DNA from: Vicugna vicugna
Lineage: Eukaryota
Assembly (NCBI GenBank): GCA_013265495.1
Contig: MU057801.1
Coordinates: 2,076,301 to 2,140,300, forward strand
Length of the DNA: 64,000 nucleotides
Direction of reading: 5' to 3'
In this document: piece by piece, positions 51,380-62,815 of the stretch
How positions within the stretch are numbered: position 1 is the stretch's first letter
Layout: every line of letters begins with the position of its first letter
Notes under the pieces: generated by a model
Database searches by the model: none
Told to the model about the DNA's origin: nothing
Seen by the model: only the letters and a program-made list of their open reading frames with translations
Position numbers and translations under genes: made by a program

Positions 51380-52260
51380 TTTAAAATTAGCTTCTTGGAG
51401 TTTCACTCCCAACTCATTTGTGTTCTGTTGAAATGTGTTGTTCTGGGGCAGTTTATTATCTAAAGGAGGACCTATTCCTTAAAATTTAGGCAAAACTTTT
51501 GTGTAAAACCACCTGGGCACGAGGCCTTTTGAAAAGTTAGACTTGACAGACTTTTTGGTTTCTGTTATGGTGGTTGGCCTGCTCACTGTTTAACCTCTTC
51601 TTAGCAAATTTTGTTAATTTATGGAAAAATCATCCTGCGCATCTAGATTTTAAAATGTTTTAGATGAAATGTGTGCGGATCTGCTCTTAAAGGAACAGCC
51701 TGATCCCCGTCCGCACGTCCCTCTGCTCCATCTGCACGTCTCCCACCGCGGCGCTGCAGGGCGGGGCCCTCCGCGTGTCTCCAGGATCCCCTCGCAGGCC
51801 TCCTCCTGGAAGCAGCCCTTGGTTCTGCTCATCAGTCCTACAGGTTGCTTATCTGGGCATTTTTGGTTTGATTTTAAGCTAGTCACTGACCGTTTTGGCG
51901 TTTATGAAGCCTTTCCTCTGACTTCCTTTGGTTGCACGTTCTCTGCTTCTTGAGTAACTCTCGGTGAATGCACATCCAAACATTTTCACTTGTTAATTAA
52001 AACATTTATATGTGAGTCTATGGGTTTCCTTTCCCTTTAATTTTGGACCAAGGCAGAGGGTTCTCCTGTCTTTAACCCCTAAAACCCCCGTAACTGTAGC
52101 CGGCGTTTTCCAGTTCGACATAAGAGCTACTTCTGAGTTGTTACTACTTTTCATTTCAGTTGTCAGACTGATACCAGCGAACGGGGGTGGCGGCGGCGTT
52201 ACTTCCTGTTTCTAGTTGTGTGGGGGTTCCGTCTCTGACTTCCCTCTTGCCTGTCTGTGT
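51380..52260 (-). mobile_element. Ancient L1M ORF2 remnant, fragmented
   Basis: ctattccttaaaatttaggcaaaacttttgtgtaaaaccacctgggcac...gcaaattttgttaatttatggaaaaatcatcctgcgcatctagattttaaaatg matches reverse L1M ORF2. Confidence 0.6.
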
Positions 52261-52814
52261 TCGTCTTCTTTTCCATGAGAGGTTGGTATTGAACAGAGTT
52301 CCGTGCTGAACGGGAGAAACTTGCTGTTCATCTACGTCTGTTTACTGGTGGTGTTTCTCTGCTCTTCTGCTCCGCTGGCTGGTCTCCAGCAACCGAAAGG
52401 AGGCAGACGTGGGTGTGATTTCCGTGCGAGAGACACACGTGTGCCTGTGATGCAGACAGAGACGACTTGCGGGGAGGCGCTGGCTCCCCGGAGACCGGGA
52501 AGCCCGTGACCTGCAGGTGAGGGGCGCCGGAGGCTTCACTCCAGCCTGAGTCCCTCGGAGGGAGTTCGTCTGAGTCCGACAGCACGTCACGGCTCTGCTG
52601 GTACTTCTCGAGGTCACGGCCGCAGGTGCTCGCTGACACGCACGCACGCGCAGGCACAGAAACGCTCACAAGCACTCAGCTTCCTTGGCAGGCTTCACCT
52701 CCAGCTTCCGGCGATGAGATCTCAGTACTGGTGTTGCTTCTTTCTTGTTCTGGTGTATTCTCTGTCCATCCTTTTCTTTCCTTTATTAAGTTCCTAATCT
52801 TTTTCTTTGAAGGT

Positions 52815-52995
52815 TAGCTCAGTGGTGACGAGCGTGGCCCCTGAGTCCAGTCGCTCCGTTCCCTGGCTCCGCCCCCGCCGGTTCCTGTCCGACTGTCTCT
52901 CTGTCCCCTGCTGAGATATATAGCACATGTTAAAGGCTCTGAAAATGCCTGGCATGCAGTAAGAACCCCACACATGTCTACTTGGTTATTACTGT
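52815..52995 (+). mobile_element. MIR, degenerate
   Basis: cagtggtgacgagcgtggcccctgagtccag start and catgttaaaggctctgaaaatgcctggcatgcagtaag...ttattac 3' end. Confidence 0.65.
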
Positions 52996-54069
52996 CACTT
53001 TATTGTATATCATAAACAGCCAAGCATCCATCTTATACACAGTGAAGCATTAGAATTTAGAATTTTTTTAATCCAATCTGAAGACTATTTTAACAGGGTG
53101 AGTTAAAATCCATCCAAGTTGGATTTCCACCATCAATAATGGAGGGTTTATACCTCTGTTCAGTCTAATTTTTTTTAACTATTTCATCATTTCCCCTTCC
53201 CTGACTTCAGCTGGATTTCATTTTCATTTTACTCATTCCCTTGCTCTGTGGGGTGCTGTGTGCTTGTTGGGGGAAGGGCCGAGCTGTGGTTTCTGTTGAG
53301 AAAGGCGGAGCATGTTTGACAGGCAGCTGGTGTCCTTCCATCCACCCTGGGCACCCAGCACGTGTGGAAGACACAAAAAAAGTACAAGGCTCGCCTCTCA
53401 CTCTAAGGCTGCTGTGTCAAGACGGGGCCCCGACGGTCTGAACCACGGAGCGACGTGGGGGCTCACAGGCTCACTCCGTCTGAGCCGGGAGTCTGCAGTG
53501 GCAGGGGGAGAGTCGAGGGGCTCTCAGGGGACGTTGCGCAAGAGACGTGGGGTGACGGGGCCCAGTGTGCTGGCTGAGGTGGTGGGAAGTGGACGGGCGA
53601 CATGCACATTCTAAAGACAGATCCAATGGCGGAAAAGCCAAAATATTTCCTCTCCCAGCGGCCGCTGATTCAGACGAGGCTCATCCATGGAGTCTGAAGC
53701 CAGCGGTGAAATGTGGCGAGAAACAGGACATTACAGAGTCCTCAGGTATCTTCTGATGGGATGTTTCTTAACTGCAAAAACAGGGGAAACCCAGCAGACA
53801 CCACATTCTCCAAGGGGCCCGCACCAGCGTCACCGGCAATGAGACAGATGGACGGACGGCGGCTGCCGCGGTGGTTGAAGCACCGAGGAGGATGCGCCGG
53901 CACTGCGGCTGGGCCTCACCCACAGTGAGGCAATGTCCGGCAGACCCACGTTCAAGGCCTTCTGCTAGGAGAGGAGGGGCAAAGTTAGCACAGCAACCCG
54001 GGAGCTGCTTCTGACTTTGAAAGACTAAAACTCGTTGGTAAGATCATGAGCCACTCTTTTTCTCTTTTG

Positions 54070-54428
54070 CCATAAAGGGCATTATTGGGTCCACTGACAA
54101 AATGTAAACTAGGTCCTTAGAGTAGAAATGGCGTTACACCAGTGTGAATTTCCTGATTTTTCTAACAGTCCTGGGTTAAGGAAGAGAATGCACTTGTTTT
54201 TAGGAAACACGTTCGGAGGTATTTAGGAGCAGAAAGAAGGAGAATTAGATGTCGCTTCTGCAACTCACTCCCAAACCACCAGAGCAGATGCTCAAATACA
54301 CAGAGAGAAGGAGAATGAAAATGTGGGAAAATGCTGACTGTGGGGGAGTCTGGGCGAGACGCACACAGGAGGGCTTCGCGTCATCCTGCACGTTTCCATA
54401 AATCTAAAATTATTTCCAATTATAAAAG
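54070..54428 (+). mobile_element. L1MC4/ME-like 3' end
   Basis: ccataaagggcattattggg...gtgaatttcctga...gaagagaatgcacttgtttttaggaaacac...aggtatttagg...tctgcaactcactcccaaa...aaattatttccaattataaaag. Confidence 0.85.
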
Positions 54429-54950
54429 CTTTTTTTTATTATTATTTGTAAGAACTCCTTCCAGAAATTTTGGGAATTTCCAGAGCTCTTCACTTCTCTA
54501 ATTAATCCCAGCTTATGGCAAATGCCAGTAGATGTCGTATTAAAGACACATTTAAGTCCCAGAAGTAGAAGAGCCAGAAGGGGCGATCCATCACTTAATA
54601 TATGTGTCCCCAGAATTTCTGGTCTTGTCTTTCATGCCTCGGCCGTCAGGCAGTGGGCTCTTTCGGCCCCGTTCGGGCTTCGGGCGAAGGACTTTGCCTG
54701 CAGGTGGCATTTTATGCGTCTTGTCTGCAGAGGAAGTTACCCAGGCCTGACACCCCACAGGTACCAGACCCCTCCTCTTCCACTCAGGGGAGCCTCTGGG
54801 CTCCCCGTGGTCCTGGGAGGCCAGTGCGAGCAGCTTTCCACCAGAGAATCCAGGTGGAAATGCTTCCGGGAAGGGGCTGTTCCTGGTCTCTGCAACTTCT
54901 AAGGCCACGTGCACTTCGTACCTTGATTTTGCTCAAATCAGGCTCCTTAC

Positions 54951-55060
54951 CACGCTCTTCTTTTGACGGTAGAATTTTCGGGAACCAGGACTCCCGGCCG
55001 CCCTGCAACCCCTGGACCGCTCTTTGGTTTTGATGCTCAACTGTTGTTCAAGAGGAGCTC
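54951..55060 (-). other. Candidate exon (110 nt)
   Basis: Acceptor gtgcatcttttcaag|G and donor GTG|GTAAGG; one open frame (APLEQQLSIKTKERSRGCRAAGSPGSRKFYRQKKSV), unrecognised. Confidence 0.2.
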
Positions 55061-56142
55061 CTTGAAAAGATGCACACACACAAGAAAACTCACATTCCAA
55101 CCATGTGGAAACCATAAAAAGATGTGTCAGCCACTCCAGGGAGAGGTCAGCCAACTGTGAAATGTAAAGGGCAGGAGACGGCTTATCCGAGCCTGGACAT
55201 GTGGTGGGTGCCCCGGAGTTCAGTCGTTCATCGCCTCCGAGTTCTGGGGGTTGTGGCGGGAGACACAGAGATGGGAATTCAGATGTCCCAGCTTGGGAAG
55301 AGCATCCCGAGGACCCCCCACTCCAGCCCCGGTGTCCTTGGCGTCACTGCTCGTCGGAGTGGCCTCCCGATCAGACTGGACGCTCTAACCCACTTCAGGC
55401 GCCTTCCCATTCCTCGCATTGGGGACCAGCTCGACGGACTGGAACCGGGGTGGGGGGTTCTGGGGAAATGGCCGTGGTGGCCCACGGTCCTTGAATCTCT
55501 CCCCACCCCCTGGTGGAAACAGGCAAGGAAGACCCCCCCTGAGCCCCAAACATAAGCAGACGCAGACCAATGGCCAGGAGGAACCTGTCCTGGATGCTGT
55601 CAGCACGGAATGGGGGCGGGAAGGAGAAAGGAAGCAAGGGGGATCTGAGAGCAGAGCCCAGGGTCACCGGCAGGGGCGCTGTGGAGAGGCCCCCACCCCG
55701 GCAGGAGCATCGCTGGCCCCGCGCGGGCGTGCTGAGCGCAGGGACGCTTAGAGCTGGCCGACTTCTAGTTGCTGGTACGCTTGCTTCCCCGCTCCCTGTA
55801 GGCCATGCAGCCCCTGCACCGGCCTCACAGCGAGGGTCACCAGCATCACAAAAAGGGACCTCCCGGGCCTCCGGGTGGACGGTAACCAGGCACGGGGCCC
55901 AGGCGCCACCCCAGCTCTGCATCCAGCTGCCCACTTGCAGGAACGCCCAGGTCAGAGGGCCAGGGCAGCAGTGCGGAGGGTCCAGGCTCTGGGTCAGACG
56001 GCAAGGCTCTGCTTGCTGGAAGGCAAATTGTCAGAGAAGGGAAGGGACGAGGTGGCAGCTGGCACACGGAACGAGGCAAAAACAGCGAGGCAAACTTAGA
56101 ACCGGGAACCAGTGAATCGATGGTATCCAGGGGTGCCCATTT

Positions 56143-56347
56143 TGGTTTAAAACTATGAAGAAACACAAGGAAATGGTCACTATGAAAGTTGGGGGGGTAC
56201 ATTTTGGGGAAGAGAGTGTGTGCAGATTCCAGGGGCTTCTGAGGTGACTGGCAGATTTCCGGCTCCTGGCCTGGTGGTCACATGTGTTTCCCTTGTAGCA
56301 ACTGATTAAGGCACGTGCTGTGTCTACGTCCCATTTCATAATAAATT
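56143..56347 (+). mobile_element. L1ME-like 3' end
   Basis: taaaactatgaagaaacacaaggaaatgg...caggggcttctgaggtgactggc...ggtggtcacatgtgtttc...atttcataataaa. Confidence 0.8.
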
Positions 56348-56369
56348 GTGCTGATGGCTTGAACAAAGG

Positions 56370-56680
56370 AGGGAATGGCTGGCTGACTAACGGTTAGATG
56401 CCACTGCAGGGACGCCCGGTGCCTGCAGCTCCAGAAGGAGTTTGAGCAGCAGCTCGTCACCAGCAGACTGATTTTCTTTGCTCTTGGCTCTATTCTTGGT
56501 TTGAGTAAGGCTCTTGCCTCAGGGTAATAAAATGGCTGCAGCTACCCCAGCCCTAATCTCTTCATCCCACCCTGCCCAGAGGGGAGAAAAATCTTTCTTC
56601 TAGTAGCTCCAGAAGAGTCATGGAGTCACTCTCATTGGTCCAGACAAGCCCAGATGTCCATCCCCAAACCAGTCATTGAC
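56370..56680 (-). mobile_element. MaLR LTR (MLT1K/L-like), reverse orientation
   Basis: aaaatggctgcagctaccccagcc...tagtagctccagaagagtcatggagtcactctcattggtcc...tccatccccaaaccagtcattg. Confidence 0.7.
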
Positions 56681-57504
56681 CAAACCCATCCAATCCCGAG
56701 GTGAACAATCGTTTATTTCTGAGGTTGGCAGAGGGGCCCAGCTGGTGGGAGACAGGAGGCTGGGTGCTGGGGAAGCCCCAGCAATGATGCCTACTATGCA
56801 CTCGAGCCCTAGAAATTCTCTCGACTCGACCCACTGGATGGAGGGACCAGACGCAAATGTGGGAACAAGTGAAGATGAGATGAAGAAAACGGTTTCACAG
56901 ACAAGAGAGCAGCCCCTGGAGGAGGCGGCCACCCAGGTGGGTCCACGCTTCCCCAGCCCCGAGACCCCCGCACGAGGCCCCCACCCGTGGCCAGTGTGCT
57001 GGTACCTGCTGCCGTGCGCCAGACTGTTCCTCACACCCTCCCTCTCCCACCACGAGGGGCGACGGCACTGCGCCTGGAGAGGAGAGCGGGTCACCGACAG
57101 AGGAGCTGCCTCGTCCCCGCTATGCAGCTGGTCGGCAGTGGTGTCCAGATCCCAAACCAGGTCTGTCTGAGGACGAGCCGCACTCTCTCAACCACCCTGC
57201 TCTTAGAAAAGCCTGCCTGATGGACACGACCTCGCCTCTGGGAAACTGGGGCAGCTGAGCAAGGAGTGAGTTCAGGAAAGCAGGGGACGTGGCCCTGTTC
57301 GTCCACCAGCAGGCACCGAGTGTGGACGCTCTGCGCTCACGTCCGGCTCTGTGACGCGCTTCTCTCCTCCGGGAGGACCTGCCCGGCGCCCGGGACGTTC
57401 CAGAGCCCGCGCTGACCTCCGGCTCGACCCCGGGCCGCCTTTGTGCCAAGGACCCTCTGGTCTGTAGCTCAGCCTACAGACCCCTCCTCAGAACGATGCT
57501 GTTC

Positions 57505-57960
57505 AGAGTGTGAGACACACGGGCTACAAGCGAACACAGCTCTCAAAACACAAAAAGGTGTTACACAGTAAAAACGTTCTTCTTTTTTATCAAACTGAAA
57601 AAACAAAGATCTAGGCGTGGGTCTCACCCTGACCGTGATCTCCAAGCACTGATGAGGGTAGGGTGGGCCCAGGGGGTGGGGCGTAGCTCAGAGGTAGGGC
57701 GCGCGCTGGGGGCGCAGGCGGTCCTGGGTGCCACCGCCGGTGCCTCCGTGCAGGTGGGGGCGAGGGGGGCGGAGGAGTCCAGATACCTGGACCACTCTGC
57801 TGCGACAGGAGCGCGCCTGCGAGCCTCCCGGGGCGCAGGAAGCGCAGCCGTGCGGACGCGGCCGTGGGCTGCCGTCTGCGCCGCCGTCAGGGCGCGTGCG
57901 AAGTCCCCAGGGGAAGCGCAAGAAGGCGCCGACTCACCGCCCGCCCAGGGCCGCGCCCCG
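57505..57960 (+). mobile_element. Charlie1 (hAT) 3' fragment, interrupted by a SINE; right half extremely GC-shifted
   Basis: Left half acaaagatctaggcgtgggtctcaccctgaccgtgatctccaagcactgatgag matches recalled Charlie1 aacaagatctagcggcgggtctaataactaccgtaatttcgaagtagtgatgag; alignment resumes at agatacctgg (57781). Confidence 0.65.
57673..57775 (+). mobile_element. tRNA-derived SINE resembling camelid Vic-1, degenerate
   Basis: A-box TAGCTCAGAGG at 57684-57694, then tagggcgcgcgct...ggtcctgggtgccaccgccggtgcctcc (recalled consensus tagagcgcatgctt...ggtcctgggttcaatccccagtacctcc); B-box mutated. Confidence 0.7.
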
Positions 57961-58720
57961 GATTAGGCCCCTCCCCGGCCGTGCGCTGCGGGGCCCGCGC
58001 GGCGTCGAGGGGGCTGCGCCTGATTTTCGAGGAGGCGTTTCTGTGTGGCGTGTGTGAAGACACGCAGCACTCGCACGTCCGCCGCCGGCGTTCCCTGGCC
58101 GCGCCCAGTCCGAGCGGCCCCGCCCGCGTCCGCCGCAGAGAAGGCGGGTCACCCGCGCCTGCCTGGGCTCCTTGCCGGACGCCCGCGGACGCTCCGAGGG
58201 GGCGGCGGCTTCGCGGGTTTAAGCAGAGGACGGAAGCCGAACAGCGCGTCACACTCAGACTTCGCTAGAAAAGCGCCGAGAGCGAGCCTGCGCGTGCGCA
58301 CGTGCGGCCGAAGGCGGCGTTTCCAAAGCAGACGTCCTTCCAGTTCCAGCCTGCGTGTCGCTAACGCGCTGGCTCTGACAACGGCACGGGCGTTTCTGGC
58401 GTCCTGCGCCCGTCCTCCGGTGGAGGACACACAGGCCTCGCCGCGAAACACGAGCGGCGCGGCCGGCCTGGGTGCCGGTGACGCGCTCCGACCTGGAACG
58501 CGGCTCCAGTTATCTCCCTCTGCTCTCGCTCGGGGCCTCCGAGCAAGGACCGGGGGGGCCGCGAGGTGCCTGTGAGGTCAGGCTCGGCTCCAGGCCGGGC
58601 CTCAGGTGGTTGTGTTACAGAGCAGTCAGGCTTCCCTGTCACTCGAAGAGCCAGAGAGCCGAGGACGTGACCTCCGACGATGGCCAGCGTCCGGGGAGGA
58701 CGAGCCTTCACTCAGAAACA
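57750..58720. promoter_or_regulatory. CpG island with promoter-like motifs
   Basis: Highest CG density in the window; GC box at 58117-58125, ETS-like CGGAAG at 58231-58236, NRF1-like TGCGCGTGCGCA at 58289-58300 overlapping E-box CACGTG at 58299-58304; minus-strand donor GCG|GTGAGT with the exon ending at 57938. Confidence 0.6.
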
Positions 58721-59404
58721 CGAGTGCTGAGCAGCTAACCTGTCAGCGCTGTCTTGAACCCAGGAGGCAGGACTTCCTTCGTTTAATTTTTGCAACCAGG
58801 AAGGCACTGGGGCTCCCAGTGTGGTAGACACGCTCAAGAAAGCCTTTCTCAGCCACGCCCACAAGGCTTTCAAATAGCACGTGGCAGGGCCCGTGCTGGC
58901 CGCGTGGGACCCCCCGAGGGGTGGAGGCGTGGGGGGATCCGGCAGCCCCAGCACCTGCCGTCCCCTTCCCTGGTGCAGGGACAGCGTCCTCTCAGCCGAA
59001 AAAGAACGCGAGTGCAGCCCACCTCCTCTGTGCTCTGTTCAGTGGATTAAACTCAGCAATTCTGCCCTAAAGCTGAAAAGGGCGAGTCAAAAACCCAAGA
59101 ACAATCCAACGGCGGATGACGTACGTATGGGAAGAAGATGCGTTAAAAAGTCACAGATGCATGAAACATTCCGCTTAATAAACAGACAGGTAAATCCGAG
59201 TCTGTGAGGACAAAGCGCTGGCAAGGCTGAGCTCCCAGGGCTGCGCAGAGAACTGTCTGCCACGGTGGGAAACCTCCGTAGGGACACGCCCGACGCGGCG
59301 CTCACTCTGGCTCCGCAGGGCTGACGAGCACCTGACAGATGCAGCTGGGAAGCTGGTGTTCAGTGCTGTCTGCCGCAACGCGGGCGGCCCCGGAGAGCAT
59401 CATT

Positions 59405-59782
59405 CAAAGTGCAGTCAGACACAGAGGAGGGCAAATGCCGCATGCTACGGTAATCCACTCACACGTGGAGTCAGAAAAGAAAAGGACGCTAGGAACTCAT
59501 CTACAGGAGAAACGGAGTCGCAGACACAGTAGACAATCTCATGGTCACGGGCGGGGGGAGGTGAGAAGGGATACATTTGGCAGTTTGAGATTTACAGGTG
59601 TGAACCACTATACGTTAAAAAACAGGCTGCTTCTGTAGAGCACAGGGAACCATGTTCAAGATCTCGCAACAAACCTTTAATGGAAAAGAGCATGAAAATG
59701 GACATACGTGTGTACGTGCGTGACGGGGGCACTGAGCTGCACCCCTGGAACTGGCACGCTGTAACGGGCTGCGCTTCAGTTT
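59405..59782 (+). mobile_element. Cetartiodactyl-type L1 3' end, ~380 bp
   Basis: gtcagacacagaggagggcaaatgcc...aatctcatggtcacggg...gggatacatttggcagtttgagattt...agagcacagggaaccatgttcaa...cttcagttt. Confidence 0.9.
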
Positions 59783-60399
59783 CTTCTAACTGCTACGCGG
59801 TGACACATGTTTACCTGTGAATAGTCGCACGAGGCTACGGCACGATAGCCTAGGCTTCCTCTCCGGAGGGGAAGCCCGTCTTCCCAGGCGGCGCCTGCCC
59901 TCGCCCCCTGGCTGAGGGAGCGGGGTCTCGCGGGGGGCTGCAGGGCTGTGCCTTTGGCATTTCGGGGTTGCTCCTCTTCAGCTCCGCTTCCAGGCTGTTT
60001 AAGACAAGAGGACCCTGGAGCCCAGCACGATGCTTTCCCTTGGGTCCCGACGTCCCTCCCCAGGCAGCCGTCTCCCCTCCACCTTGCAGAGGCTTCTCGT
60101 GCTGTGTTAACGTGGACTGTCCTGGGTTTAGCTGTCCTGAGCGGGAGGACCGGGAAAGGCACCTTTTCCAGTTTCCTAGAATGTCGAGCAGAGTCTTGAC
60201 TCTCTCGAAGCCCTTCACGCGCAGTCACGTGTCCGGATGGCGCGGAAGCACCGGGCGCTCCTCAGCGCGGGGGGCTGTGCTGCGCGGGCTGCCACCCTCC
60301 CGTGCCGCCGGCGTCTCTCCTGCTCACCGTTGCTGAGTTTCTCAAGAGTCAGATGTTCCGTCTTTCGGTGGCTTGTCGAAGTTTCTTTTCTCACCCATT

Positions 60400-60750
60400 T
60401 TTTATCTTCTTACCCGTTTCACTTTCCGAGAGAATTCTTTAGTCTCCTCATCTTTCTGTACTGTTTTTGGCCCTCACATTTTCAGTTCCTAAGACCCTTC
60501 ACACCATCAGACTTTCCCGTTGTTCGTAACTCCACGTCTTTGAGAATGGAGTGACTTGTCTCTGGATTCTCGAAATATGTATGTTTTCTCTTTGCTACAT
60601 TATTTCCTGTGGGTTCCTTTAAAAAACTGTATTCTGTTTACTGCATTGTCCACCTCCCCTGGTTTTCCTTGGCTTGTTGGGAGTTTGCGTGTTTGTTTGG
60701 GGCACTCTCAAGTAGAGGGGCTTCGCTTATCCTGTGACCCTTGGAGCCTG
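60400..60750 (-). mobile_element. Ancient L1ME/L1M5-like fragment
   Basis: tttcactttccgagagaattctttagtctcc...cacattttcagttcctaagaccc...caagtagaggggcttcgcttatcctgtgaccc matches reverse L1ME. Confidence 0.6.
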
Positions 60751-61321
60751 TCTGTGCGTGACTGAGAGGAGCTGAAAGCGGGTTAGAAGGTGAGCTGTGT
60801 GTGTTCTGCCCGCCTCCCCTGCGCTGTGCCCGGAGGCTGCCCAGTGGGGGCCGCGTCACCCGGCTCCTTTGTCCCCCGAAATCTGGTGGGATTTGGCCAT
60901 GGAGACACTGGATGGGGTCAGATCTCAGGAGGAGAGGATGCCCTGGAATCGATGTCTCCGGCCCCTCCGGCTGCGCCGTGCCTGGGCAGTGGCTGTGTTC
61001 CTCTTCGGAAGGTGACGGGCACGTCCTGTTGTGGGCCCCTCCCTGATGTCACAGCCCTCCTTGTACACACTCCCATCCGGACCTTCAGACTCAGGGCTGA
61101 TGGCAGCTGCCCCGCCCCCAGGCCTTCCCCCCTCAGCCCTGTGAACAGCCCTGCAGACAGCGCTGCTTCACGCTCTCCCCCACCTCCCCCTGGGAGAGGC
61201 CCCTGCATTTCTTGCCAAGGCCCTGACCAGTACAGAAGCTGCACGCCCTGGGCAAGGCCTGTGCACAGGTGCTCGTGGGACCGCGCTCGGCCTTTCACTG
61301 GAGGACACCCAGATGCCCGTG

Positions 61322-61600
61322 AGTGAGCGTCCTTGGCCTGCCGTAACACAGCTGTGTGGCTTAAACGACAAACATTTGTTTTTCAGAGTTCTGGAGGTCC
61401 CAAGTCCAGGACCAAGGTGGCAGCAGGGTTGGTGTCTCCTGAGGCCCGTCTCCTGGGCTTGGCGGTGGCCGGCGCCCTGGTGCATCCTCACGTGGCCTTC
61501 CCTCTGTGCCTGGTGTCTCTGTACAGCCAGATTCCTCTCCTTACAGGGGCACCGCTCCGGCTGGGTTAGTTGCCGCCCACGGCAGCTTGGAGGCTCCCCG
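61322..61600 (-). mobile_element. MaLR LTR (MLT1A/B-like), reverse orientation
   Basis: ggcctgccgtaacacagctgtgtggcttaaacgacaaacatttgtttttcagagttctggaggtcccaagtccaggaccaaggtggcagcagggttggtgtctcctgaggcc. Confidence 0.9.
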
Positions 61601-61960
61601 GTGAGACTGAAATTGCAGGGACGGAGGACAGGCCACCAGTGCCCTGGAGGCACGTGTGAGTGGAGGCCAAGCCGGGCGTGCATACAACGGGGACCCCACC
61701 AGCTCCACACACCCCTTCTGGAACACGCCCAGGGAAGGTGAGGCCCGCCCGCCCTGGCCCAGCTACGTAAAGACATGGGGTTGTTCTTATAAAGAAAGAA
61801 AAAAGGAGTCCTTTCCAAACAAATCCCAGACGGACCGAGATCCCTTCTGGGAGGCAAACACGCCCAGAGCTCAGGAAGTGCGAAGGGGAGTGTTTACAGG
61901 GAGAGCTGAGCCTGCCTGCCTGCCGGGGGAGGGGGGTCACTTCTGGGCTCCAGGGGGGCC

Positions 61961-62012
61961 NNNNNNNNNNNNNNNNNNNNNNNNNNNNNNNNNNNNNNNN
62001 NNNNNNNNNNNN
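61961..62012. other. Assembly gap (52 N)
   Basis: Counted directly. Confidence 1.
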
Positions 62013-62390
62013 GAGGAGGGGTGGGGGGATCTGAGCCTCTCTCCCGGGCTCCAGGGGGTGGGGAAGCAGGGTCTGCCTCCTCGGCGAGAGTCTCACAGCG
62101 GCCGCTGGAAGCTGGCCTGGGTGCCAGGACCCTGCACACCGCAGAATGGGATTCTAACGCTGAGATGGTCCCCTGTGGGGCCTGAGAGTCACTGGTAATA
62201 AAGCAATTATTTAAAAAGTATTAAGCCACTGCCGTGCAGTTTGCCTGTTTTCTGAAGGGTTCTGAACTGTTTGCATTGTGATAAGTAAACTGACTGCTCG
62301 ATGCAAAGAAAGAGAGCAGGGGTGTGGGTGAGTGTGTGTGAGGCGGCGTGTGCGCGTGTGCACGCATGTAGGAATGAGTGTGTGAATGGC

Positions 62391-62592
62391 CGAGTGGCCA
62401 GGTTTAGCAAGTAAAACTGTGGGCTACCCGGTTACAGTTGAATTTCTAATGAACAGTGAACACATATTTAGGGGAAGCCTGTCCCGAACACCACACGGCC
62501 ACGTTGCAGGAATGGCACCGGGCAAACCACACTGAGAAGTCACTCACGGCCTGTCTGAAATTCCGCGTGACCTGGGCAGCCTGTAGCTGTCT
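62391..62592. mobile_element. MER33-like hAT MITE
   Basis: gccaggtttagcaagtaaaactgtgggctacccggttacagttgaatttctaatgaac...tgtctgaaattccgcgtgacctgggcagcctgtag shows the MER33/MER3 inverted architecture. Confidence 0.7.
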
Positions 62593-62611
62593 GTGTTTGA
62601 TCTGGAGACCC

Positions 62612-62815
62612 TGGTGCATGTGCGTGTGTGGAGCTGGGGCAGAAGGTGTGTTGTGGCCAAGTGTGAGCAGGTGTGTGTGTGAATGTGTGTGAGTGTGTGT
62701 ATTGTGTGGGTCTGTGAGCATGTGTGTCGTGACTGAGAGTGTACACGTGGACGTGCAGGTGCACGTGTCCGTGTGCTGCGTGTGCACGTGTGAGCGTGTG
62801 TGCACGCACGAGCGG
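62612..62815. repeat. TG-rich low-complexity tract
   Basis: Imperfect (TG)n/(GTGC)n directly visible; it generates spurious H/T- and C/V-rich ORFs. Confidence 0.85.

Noticed and set aside
57673-57750. tRNA gene
   Set aside because: Only the A-box is intact; the B-box and cloverleaf are disrupted, and context indicates a SINE.
59030-59200. Possible L1 ORF2 fragment
   Set aside because: Similarity to recalled L1 sequence is too weak to call.
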